NCBI RefSeq assembly: GCF_902713615.1
Contig: NC_052149.1
Location: 63,725,443-63,789,442, forward strand
Source: Scyliorhinus canicula
Taxonomy: Eukaryota
Length of the DNA: 64,000 bases
Direction of reading: 5' to 3'
This document shows positions 1-12,866 of the stretch, one piece after another. Each line of letters starts with the position of its first letter. Within the stretch, counting starts at the first letter, position 1. The notes under the pieces are model-generated. The model did not search any database, had not been told where the DNA came from, and saw only the letters and a program-made list of their open reading frames with translations. A program made the translations under genes and the position numbers.

Positions 1-2154
1 TTGTGACGCCGAAGGGAACCCTTAAAAAGTGGCCCGTCCGCTTCGAACGCAGTGGACCTGCGATCGCTCGTGCGGATGGGGACCTGGCGGTAGGCGGACT
101 TGAGGTTCAACGTGGAGAAGACCTTGTACTGTGCGACCCTGTTGACCAGGTCGGGTATACGGGGGAGAGGGTACGCGTCCAGCTGCGTAAACCTGTTGAT
201 GGTCTGACTGTAGTCTATGACCATCCTATTCTTCTCTCCGGTCTTTACCACCAGAACCTGTGCTCACCAGGGGTTGTTACTAGCCTCGATGACCCCTTCC
301 TTCATAAGCCGTTGGACCTCGGACCTGATGAAGATCCGATCCTGGGCACTGTACCATCGGCTCCAGGTGGCCACCGGTTTGCAATCCGGGGTGAGGTTTG
401 CAAACAAGGACGGTGGATCGACCTTGAGGGTCGCGAGTCTGCAGACAGTGAGGGGAGGCATAGGGCCGCCGAATTTAAATGTTAGGCTCTGGAGGTTATA
501 CTGGAAGTCTAACCCCAGGAGTGCGGCCACGCAGAGGTGGGGGAGGACGTAGAGTCTGTAATTTTTAAACTCCCTCCCCTGGACCGTTCGGTCCGCTACA
601 CAACACCCTGTGATCTCCATTGAATGGGAGCCAGAGGTCAGGGCGATTTTTTGCTTGACAGGATAGACAGGGAGAGCGCAGCGTCTTACCGCGGTAGGGT
701 GTATGAAGCTCTCCGTGCCTCCGAAGTCCAGTAGGCAGGTCGTCTTGGGCCCGTTGAGCAGGATCCCCGTTGTTGCCGTAGAGAGGGTGCGGGGTCGAGC
801 CTGGTCCAGAGTGACTGAAGCGAGTCGTGGCAGATAGTCGGAGTCTTCATCGGGAGGTGTGTAGTCACCCGTGGGGTCCTCGGAGCCGATCCAAGATGGC
901 GGTGCCCATCGGTCGCACATGGTGGGTGGTGGGCAAAATGGCGGCACCCGTTCACCGCACGTGGCGTCGGAGGAACAAAATGGCGGCACCCAGGGGTCGC
1001 ACGTGGCTTTGGTGGATGGAGGCAGCGAGGTCCGCAGGCCGCACGGGGTCCCTGGAGAGAGAGAAGGGGGAGTCCCACAGTTGTTGCCCGGGACTGCAGC
1101 GACCGCCTTGGCCTGGCAGACGGCTACAAAGTGGCCTTTCTTCCCGCAGCCCTTGCAGGTTGCAGATCGGGCTGGGCAGCGTTGTCGGGGGTGTTTTGCC
1201 TGGCCACAAAAATAGCAGCGTGGCCCCGCAGGTTTTTCGGGGCGTCCTGCGGCGCAGGCCTGGGGGGAGTCCGAGTCCATGGGGGAGAGAGAGGCTGAAT
1301 TACACGCTGCCCAGGGAGCCACCGTGCGGTCGGGGGCGTATGAATGGGCGTTTCTGTTTGCGACATCTAGGGAGGTAGCGAGGGACCGTGCCTCCGTGAG
1401 TCTCAAGGTTTCCCTTTCTAATAGTCTCTGGCGGATCTGTGGGGACTGCATTACTGCAACAAAGGCGTATCAGATGAGGAGTTCAGTGTGCTCATTAGCA
1501 GACACTTGTGGGCAGCCGCAGTTCCTCCCCAGTACAAGGAGGGTACGGTAAAAATTGGGCAACGACTCACCAGGGATCTGCTGCCTTGTGGCTAGTAAGT
1601 GCCGAGCGTAGACTTGATTTACCGGCCGGATGAAGTGTCCTTTGAGCAGGTCCATGGCCGCGTCGTAGTCGGTCGTGTCCTCGATGAGCGTGTAGATGGC
1701 GGTGCCAACGCACGAGTGGAGGATGTGTAGCTTCTGCTCCTTCGTTGGTACGTTTTCCGCCGTACTAAGGTAGCTGTTGAAACAAGCCAGTCAGTGCTTA
1801 AATGTGGCTGTTGCGTTCGCTGCATGGGGGTTGAGTCGTAGACTCTCCGGCTTGATGCGGAGCTCCATCCTTTAAAATCTTGTAGATTAAATTGATGCGC
1901 GATCAATGAACACAGAAACGAAGGAGTAGTCCGAATCGAAGGCTTTAATCTAGAAGAAGTGTGCCCAGCAGCTTGAGTACAGAAAGAACGATGGCTGCTG
2001 GGAAACACGGGTTCTTATACTCCGCCTCGTGGGCGGAGCTACCCTCATCTCGACCAATGGGAAGACAACACTTGGGCCGATGGGCAGCGAGCCTTCTCCA
2101 CCAATAGCTGCTCACACTCCCAGCTACTGTAGTGCCTCTAGTCGTACTACCACA
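1..2154 (-). mobile_element. Gypsy/Ty3 LTR retrotransposon (Mag-like), 5' part: 5' LTR, gag, protease, start of RT; runs off the window edge; decayed
   Basis: Gag ATG at 1868 (MELRIKPESLRLNPHAANATATFKH*), homologous to the gag start at 39641. ORF 264-1451 has tandem CCHC knuckles (CYFCGQAKHPRQRCPA..CKGCGKKGHFVAVC), a protease site (CLLDFGG) and the RT start (EGVIEASNNPW). Stops and frameshifts are present. Confidence 0.92.
1893..2154 (-). repeat. 5' LTR of the Gypsy element (262 bp, TGTGG...CATCA)
   Basis: TG...CA termini on the minus strand, a TATA-like GTATAAG and ATTAAA. The end GCATCA matches the ends of other LTRs in the window. Confidence 0.85.
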
Positions 2155-3611
2155 TCCATCAAACACACAAACACTGCACCCCCATCAAACACACACACAC
2201 TGCACCCCCACCAAACACACACACACTGCGCCCCTACCCAACACACACACTGTAACCCCACCCAACACACTCACTGCACCCCCACCAAACACACACACTG
2301 CATCCCCACCAAACACACACACACTGCACCCCTACCCATCAGAAATACACTGCACCCCCTTCCAACACAAACACACACTGCACCCCCAGACCACAAATGC
2401 ACACAATTCAACCCCAACCCCCACACACAACACCCCCACCACACAAACACACACACAGACAATTCACCCCAGCCTAGAAACATAAACAATTCACCCACAC
2501 CCCCACACACACAGCCCCTACACCCGCACAAACAAACACACACAAACACACTACAGCCCCAGACCACAAATACACACAATTCAGCCCCACCCCCTACACA
2601 CTGCATCCCCACTCCAAAACAAACACACACAAACAATTCCACCACAACCCACACAATACACACATCCCACAAAACACATACAAGGCACCCCCACCCCCCA
2701 CACACAGCACCCCACCACAAATACAGAACCCGTATCTCACACACACATTTACCCCCACCCCACACAGCACCACCCCCTCACAAACACAGCAGTGCCGCCC
2801 CGCACCCACACGCACAAAGCACCCCCACCCCACGCACAAAGCACCCCCACTCCACAAACACACAGCACCCCCACCCCACAAACACACTTGTAAACTGCAC
2901 ACACATCCCACAAACATACAGCACGCGCACCCCAGACACACAGCACCCACACCCTACACACTGCATACCTACTCCACACACAAAGCACCCCCACCCCACA
3001 AACACACTCGTACACAGCACACCCACCCCACAAACACATAGCACCCCACTCCACACACAAGCAGACTGCATCCCCACTCAACAAACACAGACACAGCACG
3101 CCCACCCCAGACACACAGCACCCACAGTTCATAAACGCACAACACCGCACACCATATGCACAACACCCCATCCCCCATGCACACACACTAAATCTCCTCC
3201 CAACAAACATGCACACACTGCAACCCCACCCCACAAACACACACAAGTCACCTCCATCCCACAAACACACACTGCATCCCTTCTGCACAAAAACACGTAC
3301 ACCATACACCCACCCCACAAACACAGACTGCACCTCCACCCCACAGAAATGCAGCACCCTATCAGACACAGCACCCACCTCCCAAACATACCCACTGCGC
3401 CACCACTCAACAAACACACCTCGATCACCCCCATCGCACAAACATAATCACACCACCGCACTCCACAAACACTCTCACACACTGCACTCCTGCCCAAAAC
3501 CACCATACACACACACAGTAGCCCCACTCCACAGATACACAAGCACACACACACTGCGCCCCTACCCCACTCACACAGCAACCCCACCCCACATATACTG
3601 AAACACTGCAT

Positions 3612-4120
3612 CCCCTCCGGTTTAGCTCAATGGGCTAGACAGCTGGTTTGTGATGCAGAGGCCAACAGCGCAGGTCCAATTCCCGTACCGCCAGAGGTTA
3701 TTCATATAATCTTCATTGTCACAAGTAGGCTTACATTAGCACTGCAGTGAAGTTACTATGCAAACCCCTCAGTCGCCATATTCCAGTGCCTGCTCGGATA
3801 CACAGAGGGAGAATTCAGAATGTCCAATCCACCGAACAGCACGTCTTTCGGGACTTGTGGGAGGAAACCGGAGCACACGAGGAAACCCACACAGACTCGG
3901 GATAACATGCAGCCTCCACACAGACAGTGACCCAAGTTGGGAATTGAACCTGTGACCCTTGCGCTGTGAAGCAACAGTGCTAACCAATGTGCGCCGTGCT
4001 GGCCCAGTCCCGCCTTCTCAACCTTGCCCATCGCCTGAGGTGAGGTGATCCTCGAATTAAATCACCAGCAGTCAGCCCTTGGGCAAAGCAGCCTATTCTC
4101 ATCTGGGACATGTTTACCTT
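3612..4120 (+). mobile_element. tRNA-derived SINE split by a second SINE
   Basis: A-box/B-box-like head (GGTTTAGCTCAATGG...GGTCCAATTCCC) at 3618-3685; the body resumes at about 4008 after the insertion. Confidence 0.6.
3707..4001 (-). mobile_element. HE1/V-SINE-type SINE, variant with the GCCTACTTGTGACAAT tail
   Basis: tRNA head TGGTTAGCACTG...GGTTCAATTCCC plus V-domain-like GTGCTCCGGTTTCCTCCCACA on the minus strand. Confidence 0.85.
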
Positions 4121-5387
4121 AACTTAACCCCTCCCGTCAAAAACACACACAGAGCAACCCCCCCCCCACCCAACAAACACACACGTTGCACACTCACCCC
4201 ACACACACTGCACCTCAAAGAAAACGCATACACAGCACCGCCACCCCACAAAGATTGCAACACCCACCCACAAACCCACAGGCACATCATACCCACCCCA
4301 CAAACACACACAGACTGCACCCCCACCCAACAAACACACAGGCGCATCACCCCCACCCCACACACACAAACACACAGACTGCAGGCCCACTCCACAAAGA
4401 AACACGCACATCACCTTCACTCACAAACACACGTGCACATTCTGCCCTACCCCACAAGCTAAACACAACAGCCCCTCACCAAAATAGACACAACACTCAA
4501 CCCCCCCACACACACACACTGTGCCCAACCCCACAAACACAACACCCCAACCCACTAACACACACACCTCCACCCCACAAACACACACACATCATCCCCA
4601 GCCCACAAACACACACACATCACCCCCCTCCCTACAAGCACACCCCCACCACCCCACCCCACAAAAATATCCCACCCCCACCCCACAAACACACCACGCC
4701 CACCCCACAAACACATATACACATCACCCCAACCCAAACACACACAGATCACTCCCACCCCAAAAACACAAAACACTCAACCCCCACCCCCACACACACT
4801 GTGCCTCCACGCCACAAACACACATCAGCACCACCCCACAAACACACACACAGCAACCCCCACCCACAAACACACACACCCATCACCCTCACCCCACAAA
4901 CACACACACAGCAACCCCCACCCACAAACACACACAGACTGCACCCTCATCCAACAAACACTCAGGCACATCACCCCCACCCACAAAAACACACTCACAT
5001 CACCCCCACCCCACAAACACACACTCACCCCCTCTTACCCTACAAACACACACGCACATCACCCCCACCCACAAACACACACACATCACCCCCACCCACA
5101 AACACACACACATCACCCCCACCCACAAACACACACACATCACCCCCACCATCAAACACACACATCACCCCATCCCTGCGACACACACACACATCACACC
5201 CACCCCACACACACACTCCACCCCCACTCCACAAACACACACACATACCATCCCCACCCCACAAACACACACACACATCACCCTCACCCCAAAAATACAC
5301 TCCACCCTCACCCCACAAACACACACACACCCCACCACAAACTACCCCTACCCCACAAACTCGCAGATATAACCCCCACCCCACCAT

Positions 5388-5682
5388 AAGATGATAAGAC
5401 ATAGGAGCAGAATTAGGCCACTTGGCCCATCGTGTCTGCTTCGCCATTCAATCATGGCTGATATTTTTCTGATCCACATTCTCCTGCCTTTTTCCCATAA
5501 CCCTTGATCCCCTTATTAATCAAGAACCTATCTACCTCTGTCTTAAAGACACTCAGTGATTTGGCCTGCACAGCCTTCTGCGGCAAAGAGTTCCACAGAT
5601 TCACCACCCTCTGACTGAAGAAATTCCTCCTCATCTCTGTTTTAAAGGATTCTCCCATTAGTCTGAGATTGTGTCCTCTGCT
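5388..5682 (-). mobile_element. CR1-type LINE 3' end fragment
   Basis: Minus-strand translation RSRGHNLRLMGESFKTEMRRNFFSQRVVNLWNSLP is a CR1 ORF2 C-terminus, followed by a 3' UTR stem-loop. Confidence 0.85.
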
Positions 5683-5894
5683 TCTTTCACCCGCACCCCA
5701 CAAACACACCCCGCAAACACACACTGAACCCCCACCCACAAACTCACAGCACTCAACCCGCTCCACACGAACACACACCACCACCACCCACAAATACACA
5801 CACATCACCCCCCACCCAACAAGCATACACATAAACTCACCCACCCCACAAACACACACACACCACCCCGACAGGCACACACACACAAACACAC

Positions 5895-6073
5895 ATGAAA
5901 TGAAAATCGCTTATTGTCACGAGTAGGCTTCAAATGAAGTTACTGTGAAAAGCCCCTAGTCGCCACATTCCGGCGCCTGTTCGGGGAGGCTGTTACGGGA
6001 ATCGAACCGTGCTGCTGGCTTGCCTTGGTCTGCTTTCAAAGCCAGCGATTAGCCCTGTGAGCTAAACAGCCCC
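5895..6073 (-). mobile_element. Short tRNA-derived SINE (about 180 bp) with (TTTCA)n tail
   Basis: Head GGGGCTGTTTAGCTCAC, B box GGTTCGATTCCCG. Further copies at 12678, 29868 and 47200. Confidence 0.8.
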
Positions 6074-6923
6074 TACACCCCACAAACATGCACACATCAC
6101 CCCCACTCCACAGACATACACACACACATCACCCCACCCCACAAACACACACACACCATCCCACAAACACATGAACCCCACCCCAAAAACACACCCCACC
6201 CCACCAAGAACAACTCCCACCCCACAATCCCGGACACATCACCCCTAACCCACGAACATACACACTCGTACACATTACCCCACAAACATACACACACTGC
6301 ACCCCCAACCCACAAACACACAGCACTCAACCCGCTCCACACACACACCACCTCCACACACAAACACACATACGCACTGCATCCCACTCCCTAACACACA
6401 CAGACACCCTGCACCCTCATCCCTCAAGCACACTGCACCCCCAGCCCTACAGCCTCTCTGCTGCCTTTCAAATCGGACTCAGCAGCTCCTCCAGACTCTG
6501 AGAGATTGTCGCCTCAGCACAGTTCCTCGTCAGAATCATGTGTCCCTGCTGCTGCAGCATGGCAAACTACTTGGAGCAGAACTGCAGTTACGTTTCAACT
6601 GATCCCAAGTCGAACAGCTTTTGGGGAGGGAGGAAGATCCCCGTGTTGTTTTGGTTACAATGCTGTCACTGGTAAATTTCAGCACTTGTCTCTGAACACA
6701 TGTAGGAAGCACATAGCTTGTTAAATATTCTTCATGAAAATACTTCCCCTTGATATTGCATAAACCTGTTTCTGTGCAGTGTGAGCATTTCATGAAATGG
6801 AGTTATCAGCTCAGGAATCGTGTTGCCGGTAACCAGAGGTTGGAGAATAATTGTACACGATGTCCATGAGCAAACCCAGGCAACTAGTCATATTCATTAC
6901 TTCAGGATGTTACTAGAGTGTAG

Positions 6924-7309
6924 TGTTATGCTGCTTCGGATAACACAGGCTGCTACTTGATGCAGTCTTAACTAAAGGATGCTCCAGACTCTGAAATGAG
7001 TTCAACGTGTTTATTGAACTATTAATACAGTTCTCAACTAAGTTTGACTCTCTGCTAATCTAACTGTAGTAACTCAGTCTAACTGCACCAGTTTGCTCTA
7101 AACCACCTGCTGCTGGGGTGTGATGCTGCTGATCAACCCTGTCTAACTCTCTGGATGTCTGTCTGTGGAAAGAGGCAGGGTGTGATCATCCCTTTTATAG
7201 TGTTAATGTTTTGCCCCCTTGTGGTGATGCCACCTCTGAGTGTCCTGACTGCCCATTGTCCGTGTCCTATTCTGAATGTTCATTGGTTGCATGTTTGCAT
7301 ATCATGACA
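6924..7309 (-). mobile_element. Probable solo LTR (TGTTATG...CATGACA)
   Basis: Imperfect inverted termini TGTTATG/CATGACA; minus-strand TATAAAA and AATAAA in LTR order; no clear TSD. Confidence 0.5.
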
Positions 7310-7598
7310 GAGATTGTCTCCGAAGGTAAGATAGGGAATTTGAGCATCATGTTTCCTTTCAGAGAACATAAAACAGGTGGGAGACAGCTCATGTGTGCAA
7401 GTCAGGTAGACACAAGGGCGAGGACACCGTTTCGCAATTCTAAAGTGTACAAGTCACACATGTTCCATTATTTTGTGCTGGGTGGTGAGCCCTCTAATCA
7501 GCACTCCAAATGTGACCTAAAACGTTTTTAGGGGTAAAGGTTTGAGGGCCAGGAGGAGCAAGAACGATCTTAATGTTTCCATTAGAAATTCATGTCCC

Positions 7599-7823
7599 GG
7601 GGCAACACGGTGGCGCAGTGGTTAGCACTGCTGCCTCACAGCGCCGAGGTCCCAGGTTCAATCCCGGCTCTAGGTCACTGTCCGTGTGTAGTTTGCCATT
7701 CTCCCTGTGTTTGCTTGGGTTTCGCCCCCACAACCCAAAGATATGCAGGGTAGGTGGATGGGCCACGCAAAATTGCCCCTTAATTGGAAAAAATGAACTG
7801 GGTACTCTAAATTTATTTTTTAA
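7599..7823 (+). mobile_element. HE1-type SINE, short A-tailed variant with 13-bp TSD
   Basis: HE1-like head and body; AAATTCATGTCCC duplicated at 7586-7598 and 7824-7836. Confidence 0.85.
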
Positions 7824-9156
7824 AAATTCATGTCCCTTGGGTAAGCCAGATGTCTCCCACCCCCAGTGCGCCTCCTCACTCCATTTACTGTCCCCAGGTG
7901 GCTCGGTCCGTTGAGGGTGCTGTCGGATTTTCAATTCCCCAAGCTGAAGCTCGCTGTCTGCTTTCCAATGAGGCTCAAACTTGAACATGTTACGGGCAAT
8001 AGGTTGTATTTATCAACTGATACACCACTGAATTTACACCCGCTTTGGCGAAGTTGCACACTGTGCTTTTCGATGTCCACGATAGGATAGTGTCGAGGTG
8101 ATGGCGTAAACACAATTGCTTCCCAGCGACACGAGGCCCAGGGAAGGGAGGTGCTGTTAGAAAAACTATTGTGAATTGTTACAATACTTTCTGTTGTGCA
8201 CGTATACTGAAGCCGCGGTGCAGCAGTGGAAAGTCCCGAATTGGGATTATACCTTGGTTTCCTGGCTGGTGTGGTTCAGAAACACGTCAAAACACTTACC
8301 CACTGAGCAACATGGGAGAGTCTTTCTTCTCTAGGAGACAATGACAGAAATTGTGAGAGGTCATGTAGAGCACACATACTTTAGTGTACCATTAACCTGT
8401 GCTGGTAAATTAATGTCTTAAACTCAATATTGATCATTTTAATATGACACAAAACATGTCGGGAATATTACCATAGCAACTGCAAAGGAAAATCACTTGT
8501 TCGATGTGAATGGCTTATTTACTGAAACTCTCCCAAGGCTACAAGGCTATATTTTGACAAAATATACCTCGCATAGCATGTTGCTATCAATTGGGTTTGA
8601 GAGCTGGGTTTATTACTGCAAGGCCATGAAAGGTCAAACCATTGAAGACTGAGTAATCAGTCTGAGAGTCGGTGGCTGCTATCGTCTGGCGTTGCCTGCG
8701 GATTCAACCTTGCCCGCCTACTATCACTGTTTTAGCTTTTACCATGACAATTGAATGGAACAGAATATCTTAAGTGATTAAAGATGTCTCATTATTTTTA
8801 GCGGTACAATTTAAGAATTCAGATAAATAATCTACATTATTTAATTTATCCCATTATTACAACGTAAACAAATAATGCCTGGTTTGTTCACAACTGTCCA
8901 GAATGAAGCCTTTTAACATTACTGTAATAACCACCTCCCAGTCTCACATTTTACCAATTTACAAGGATGAGCAGTGCAAACACATTTTCTCCTTAGAAAG
9001 AACAGGTGTGTTATTTCCCCCAGAAAATGGTGAAAATAACTAAAAATGTGTGTGTCTGCAACTATTTTGAGAACACGACTCCAACTCCCCCCCCGCCCCC
9101 TCGATTTCCCTGCATTTTTTTATTTTTCTCTCCTGATGGCACACTCACATACAGGT

Positions 9157-9460
9157 TTGGTAGCACAGTGGTTAGCACTGTTGCTTCACAGCGCCAGGGA
9201 CCCGGGTTCGATTCCCGGCCCCGGCTTGTGTCACTGTCTGTGCGGAGTCTGCACGTTCTCCCGTGTCTGAGTGGGCTTTCTCCGGGTGCCCCGGTGTCCT
9301 CCCACAAGTCCCGAAAGACGTGCTGTTGGTGGATTTGACATTCTGAATTCTCCCTCTATGTACCCGAACAGGCGCCGGAATGTGGCGACTAGGGGATTTT
9401 CACAGTAACTTCATTGCAGTGTTAATGTAAATCTACCTGTGACAATAAAGATTGTTATTA
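9157..9460 (+). mobile_element. HE1/V-SINE-type SINE (GTGACAATAAAGATT tail)
   Basis: tRNA head, V-domain-like core and the same tail as 3707, 38840, 49339 and 59703. Confidence 0.85.
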
Positions 9461-9891
9461 TCAAAGTATTGCGAAATGGGTGATGGCAAATCAGCTGCGA
9501 GCTTGAAATCTCTCCCAATTTTTACTTCAGTGGGTGAAAATGGGGAGCGTTGTCAACCGAGCTGCTGTTGTTTTGCTGTCACCCTTTTCACACTGTCACA
9601 TGGAATTGAGATCTGCACACCTCTTTGCGGATGAAGAATGATCAGGTGGAGAAGCCCTGATTGTTTACCCTTCCTCTCAGCTCATGGACACTGAAACCAA
9701 AAGCTGCCATGCCTGAGAACAGAGCAAACGCTGAATCAAACCTGGGACAGGTATAGTCTGCTTTGCCCAGCACATCAGCAGGTGATGTCTTTACCTATTG
9801 AACCACTGGGATGGCAAGAAATCCATGCATAAGGGCAAGTAGTTTCTTGATGGAAATCTGGGCTGATTTCTCGATAATGATCTGTTGATGA

Positions 9892-10240
9892 TAGAATCAT
9901 AGAATTTCTACAGTGCAGAAGGAAGCCATTTGGCCCATCAAGTCTGCGCCAACCCTTGGAAACCGTACCCTACCTAGGCCCACGCCCCGACCCTATTCCT
10001 GTAACCCAGTAACCCAGTAACCTCACCTAAGCTTTTGAACACTAAGGGGCAATTTAGCTTGTCCAATCCACCTAACCTGCACATCTTTGAATTGTGGGAG
10101 GAAACCAGAGCACCTGGAGGAAAACCACACAGACACAGGGAGAATGTGCAAACTCCACACAGTCAACCAAGGCCGGAATTGAACCCGGGTCCATGGGGCT
10201 GTGAGGCAGCAGTGCTAACTGCTGTGCCACTGTGTCGCCC
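9892..10240 (-). mobile_element. HE1-type SINE with CR1/HER1-like tail
   Basis: HE1 head and core; ends in TTCTATGATTCTA. Confidence 0.85.
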
Positions 10241-11994
10241 CAATATTAGTGAACATGTATTTGATATGGCTGTCTGAAATTCTGCAGTCCTTTATTTTTA
10301 GGCATTAACCCCATATGAAATAACTAATTAACACCTGCAATAAACTAGGACTGAGGAACATCACATGAATGTCTTTGGACATTAGTATCATCAGCAGTGA
10401 CTTTTAAGCTCCAACATGATCTTTATTTATCTCACATAGCTGGAATAATCTGGTATTAAGTAATTAATAATGTGTTGTAAACTATTACTGGAAAACTATT
10501 TGCGACAAAAATGTTAGCCTGTAAAATCATCTCATCATTGAAGTCTGGTTGAACTTTTAGTTCCATATATTCAGATATTTCCTTTAAATACACGGCCGCG
10601 TTGCCACACCTGGAGGATCCAAAATGGAAAGATGTCTCTCTAATCTTCTGGTTTTTGGTGCACTGAAAGACAAACAGAAACCTGCCAATGCTTCCAAAGT
10701 TTAACACATCCTACAACAATTCTGGCTCAACAAGTGTGTATTATTTTCTGCATTTGACTTTGATCACGTATGAGGGACAGAAGTCCAACTTGGAGAGCTG
10801 TGAGAGGGTTTTGCCACCTGAATTCTGTGCTGACTTTTGGGCTCACCCAAGTTGTCAGAACTGGTAGAAGTGAGTGTCGACGGATGGACTCGTAGCCCGC
10901 AGATGTTTGCGAAATGTAATACGTTTGTGATTCATGTAAACAACCATCAGTTTGCCAATTGTCACAGCCGTTTGTGTCTGAGCCCAGATTCAAGTGTGCA
11001 CATGGAGGGTTTCTGGTCCTTTTAATGCCACATTGCACCCTGGGAGGTTGACATTTGAAACCCACGGCATTCATGTGCAATTTGCTCCACATTCCCGCAA
11101 GTGTCACTTCTGAAAATAGAACTTGTTTTGGTGATCAGGTTGAAGGACCTGTGACTGAATAGTTCAACATAGTTGGCCTCAGCAAAATGTCTAAAGGAGA
11201 AAGAAAGAAGGTTTGAGGAAAGTACCTTCTGTACCCAGTGCTGTCATATTCTCTCTCTCTCAGCAAAACAAAAGAAAAATGAATCTTTATTTTTGTGCAT
11301 TACTTTTAGCCTTTAGGAGACCAGCACTTTCAGGTTTCCACTTCCTTCAGTGTACTATTTTCGGATACCAAGAGTGCAGGACACACAGATTTCCAAGGCC
11401 GTAGCATATTTTATCAATGCAGTAGAGATTTGCCTTTAACCTTGTTTAATTGAAAGACATAGACCAGCTCTTAAGCTGAGCTTTATCAATCTTATTGAAT
11501 AATCACTGTTTTGTCCAACAAGTCAAAAACCTTTCCAATTTGAACCGCTCATATTGATTTGCACTCTGTTCTTCTTTCAAACCCTGAAACTATTCTTCCT
11601 GCAAATTTTAAATATTAAATTTGGTGTCTATGATAAAGTGAACTTTAAATAAATAATAAAGTGCATTTCTTCACCACAAGTAGCATTGTTGAATCTATAA
11701 ATTACTTTTTTTAAGAAAAGAAGCCAATTGCTTGACAGTTCCAGTCACAGAAATTTGCAATGTCACTTGGTGTTGTATAATAAGGATACCATCTGTCAAT
11801 GTCTAATTATATTCCAACCTACTATCAATTATCCAGTCGGTTTGTCAGCCATCCAGTGACACTATTCCTGAAGCACTACTGACCCCCAGTGGTAATGCAG
11901 CATTATTATGTGCTACATGGCAGCTACAGAAAGCAGCAGTCTCAAATTGTTAACTTTCATATATCCCTGAAATCACTTTGATTACCAAACAATT

Positions 11995-12343
11995 TAGAAC
12001 ATAGAACAGTACAGCACAGAACAGGCCCTTCGGCCCTCGATGTTGTGCCGAGCCATGATCACCCTACTCAAACCCACGTATCCACCCTATACCCGTAACC
12101 CAACAACCCCCCCCCCCCCCTCTTAACCTTACTTTTTAGGACACTACGGGCAATTTAGCACGGCCAATCCACCTAACCCGCACATCTTTGGACTGTGGGA
12201 GGAAACCGGAGCACCCGGAGGAAACCCACGCACACACGGGGAGGACGTGCAGACTCCGCACAGACAGTGACCCAGCCGGGAATCGAACCTGGGACCCTGG
12301 AGCTGTGAAGCATTTATGCTAACCACCATGCTACCGTGCTGCC
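11995..12343 (-). mobile_element. HE1-type SINE, young subfamily
   Basis: Nearly identical to copies at 54437 and 61622; 3' end GGGCCGAAGGGCCTG...TTCTATGTTCTA. Confidence 0.9.
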
Positions 12344-12677
12344 TAAATTTAGAAAGTTAAATATGAAAGTTTTTTTTCCCTGCATAAATTTAAATTGGTG
12401 CATCTAACCACTTAACCATCAACAGTACCCTGGAATGACATTATCAATTATGTCTAATTTTCAGTTACAAATCCAAAATTATACTAGATTTATCAACGTT
12501 TCAGCTTTGCAGAATAGCAATACAGCGCTACCTCTTGCATTGCAGGAAGGGCGGAATTAATCAGGAAGAGGTTCAATTAGTTGAATATTGTCTAATGCTT
12601 GATTTCCTTCTGCTGAGGGATGACGGATGGCTTATATCTTTTATTTTCTTCTGTTTGTTCCCTCGCCTGTCACATAG

Positions 12678-12866
12678 TGAAATGAAAATGAAATGAAAAT
12701 CGCTTATTGTCACAAGTAGGCTTCAAATTAAGTTACTGTGGAAAGCCCCTAGTCGCCACATTCCGGCGCCTGTTCGGGGAGGCTGGTACGGGAATTGAAC
12801 CCACGATTCTGGCTGTCTTGGTCTGCTTTAAAAGCCTGCTATTTAGTCCTGTGCTAAACCAGCCCC
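12678..12866 (-). mobile_element. Short tRNA-derived SINE
   Basis: Same family as 5895-6073. Confidence 0.8.

Larger units (their letters stand above)
2155..6440. repeat. About 4.3-kb strand-biased C/A-rich low-complexity tract (CACACA / CACCCCAC / CACAAACACAC), interrupted by SINEs and a LINE end
   Basis: Degenerate reiteration of CCCCACAAACACACAC-like units; very few G or T on the + strand. Confidence 0.95.

Noticed and set aside
2029-5394. Long His/Thr/Pro-rich ORFs (472, 402 and 283 aa) and Val/Cys/Gly-rich antisense ORFs
   Set aside because: Artefacts of C/A low complexity, which lacks stop codons; they are open in several frames at once.
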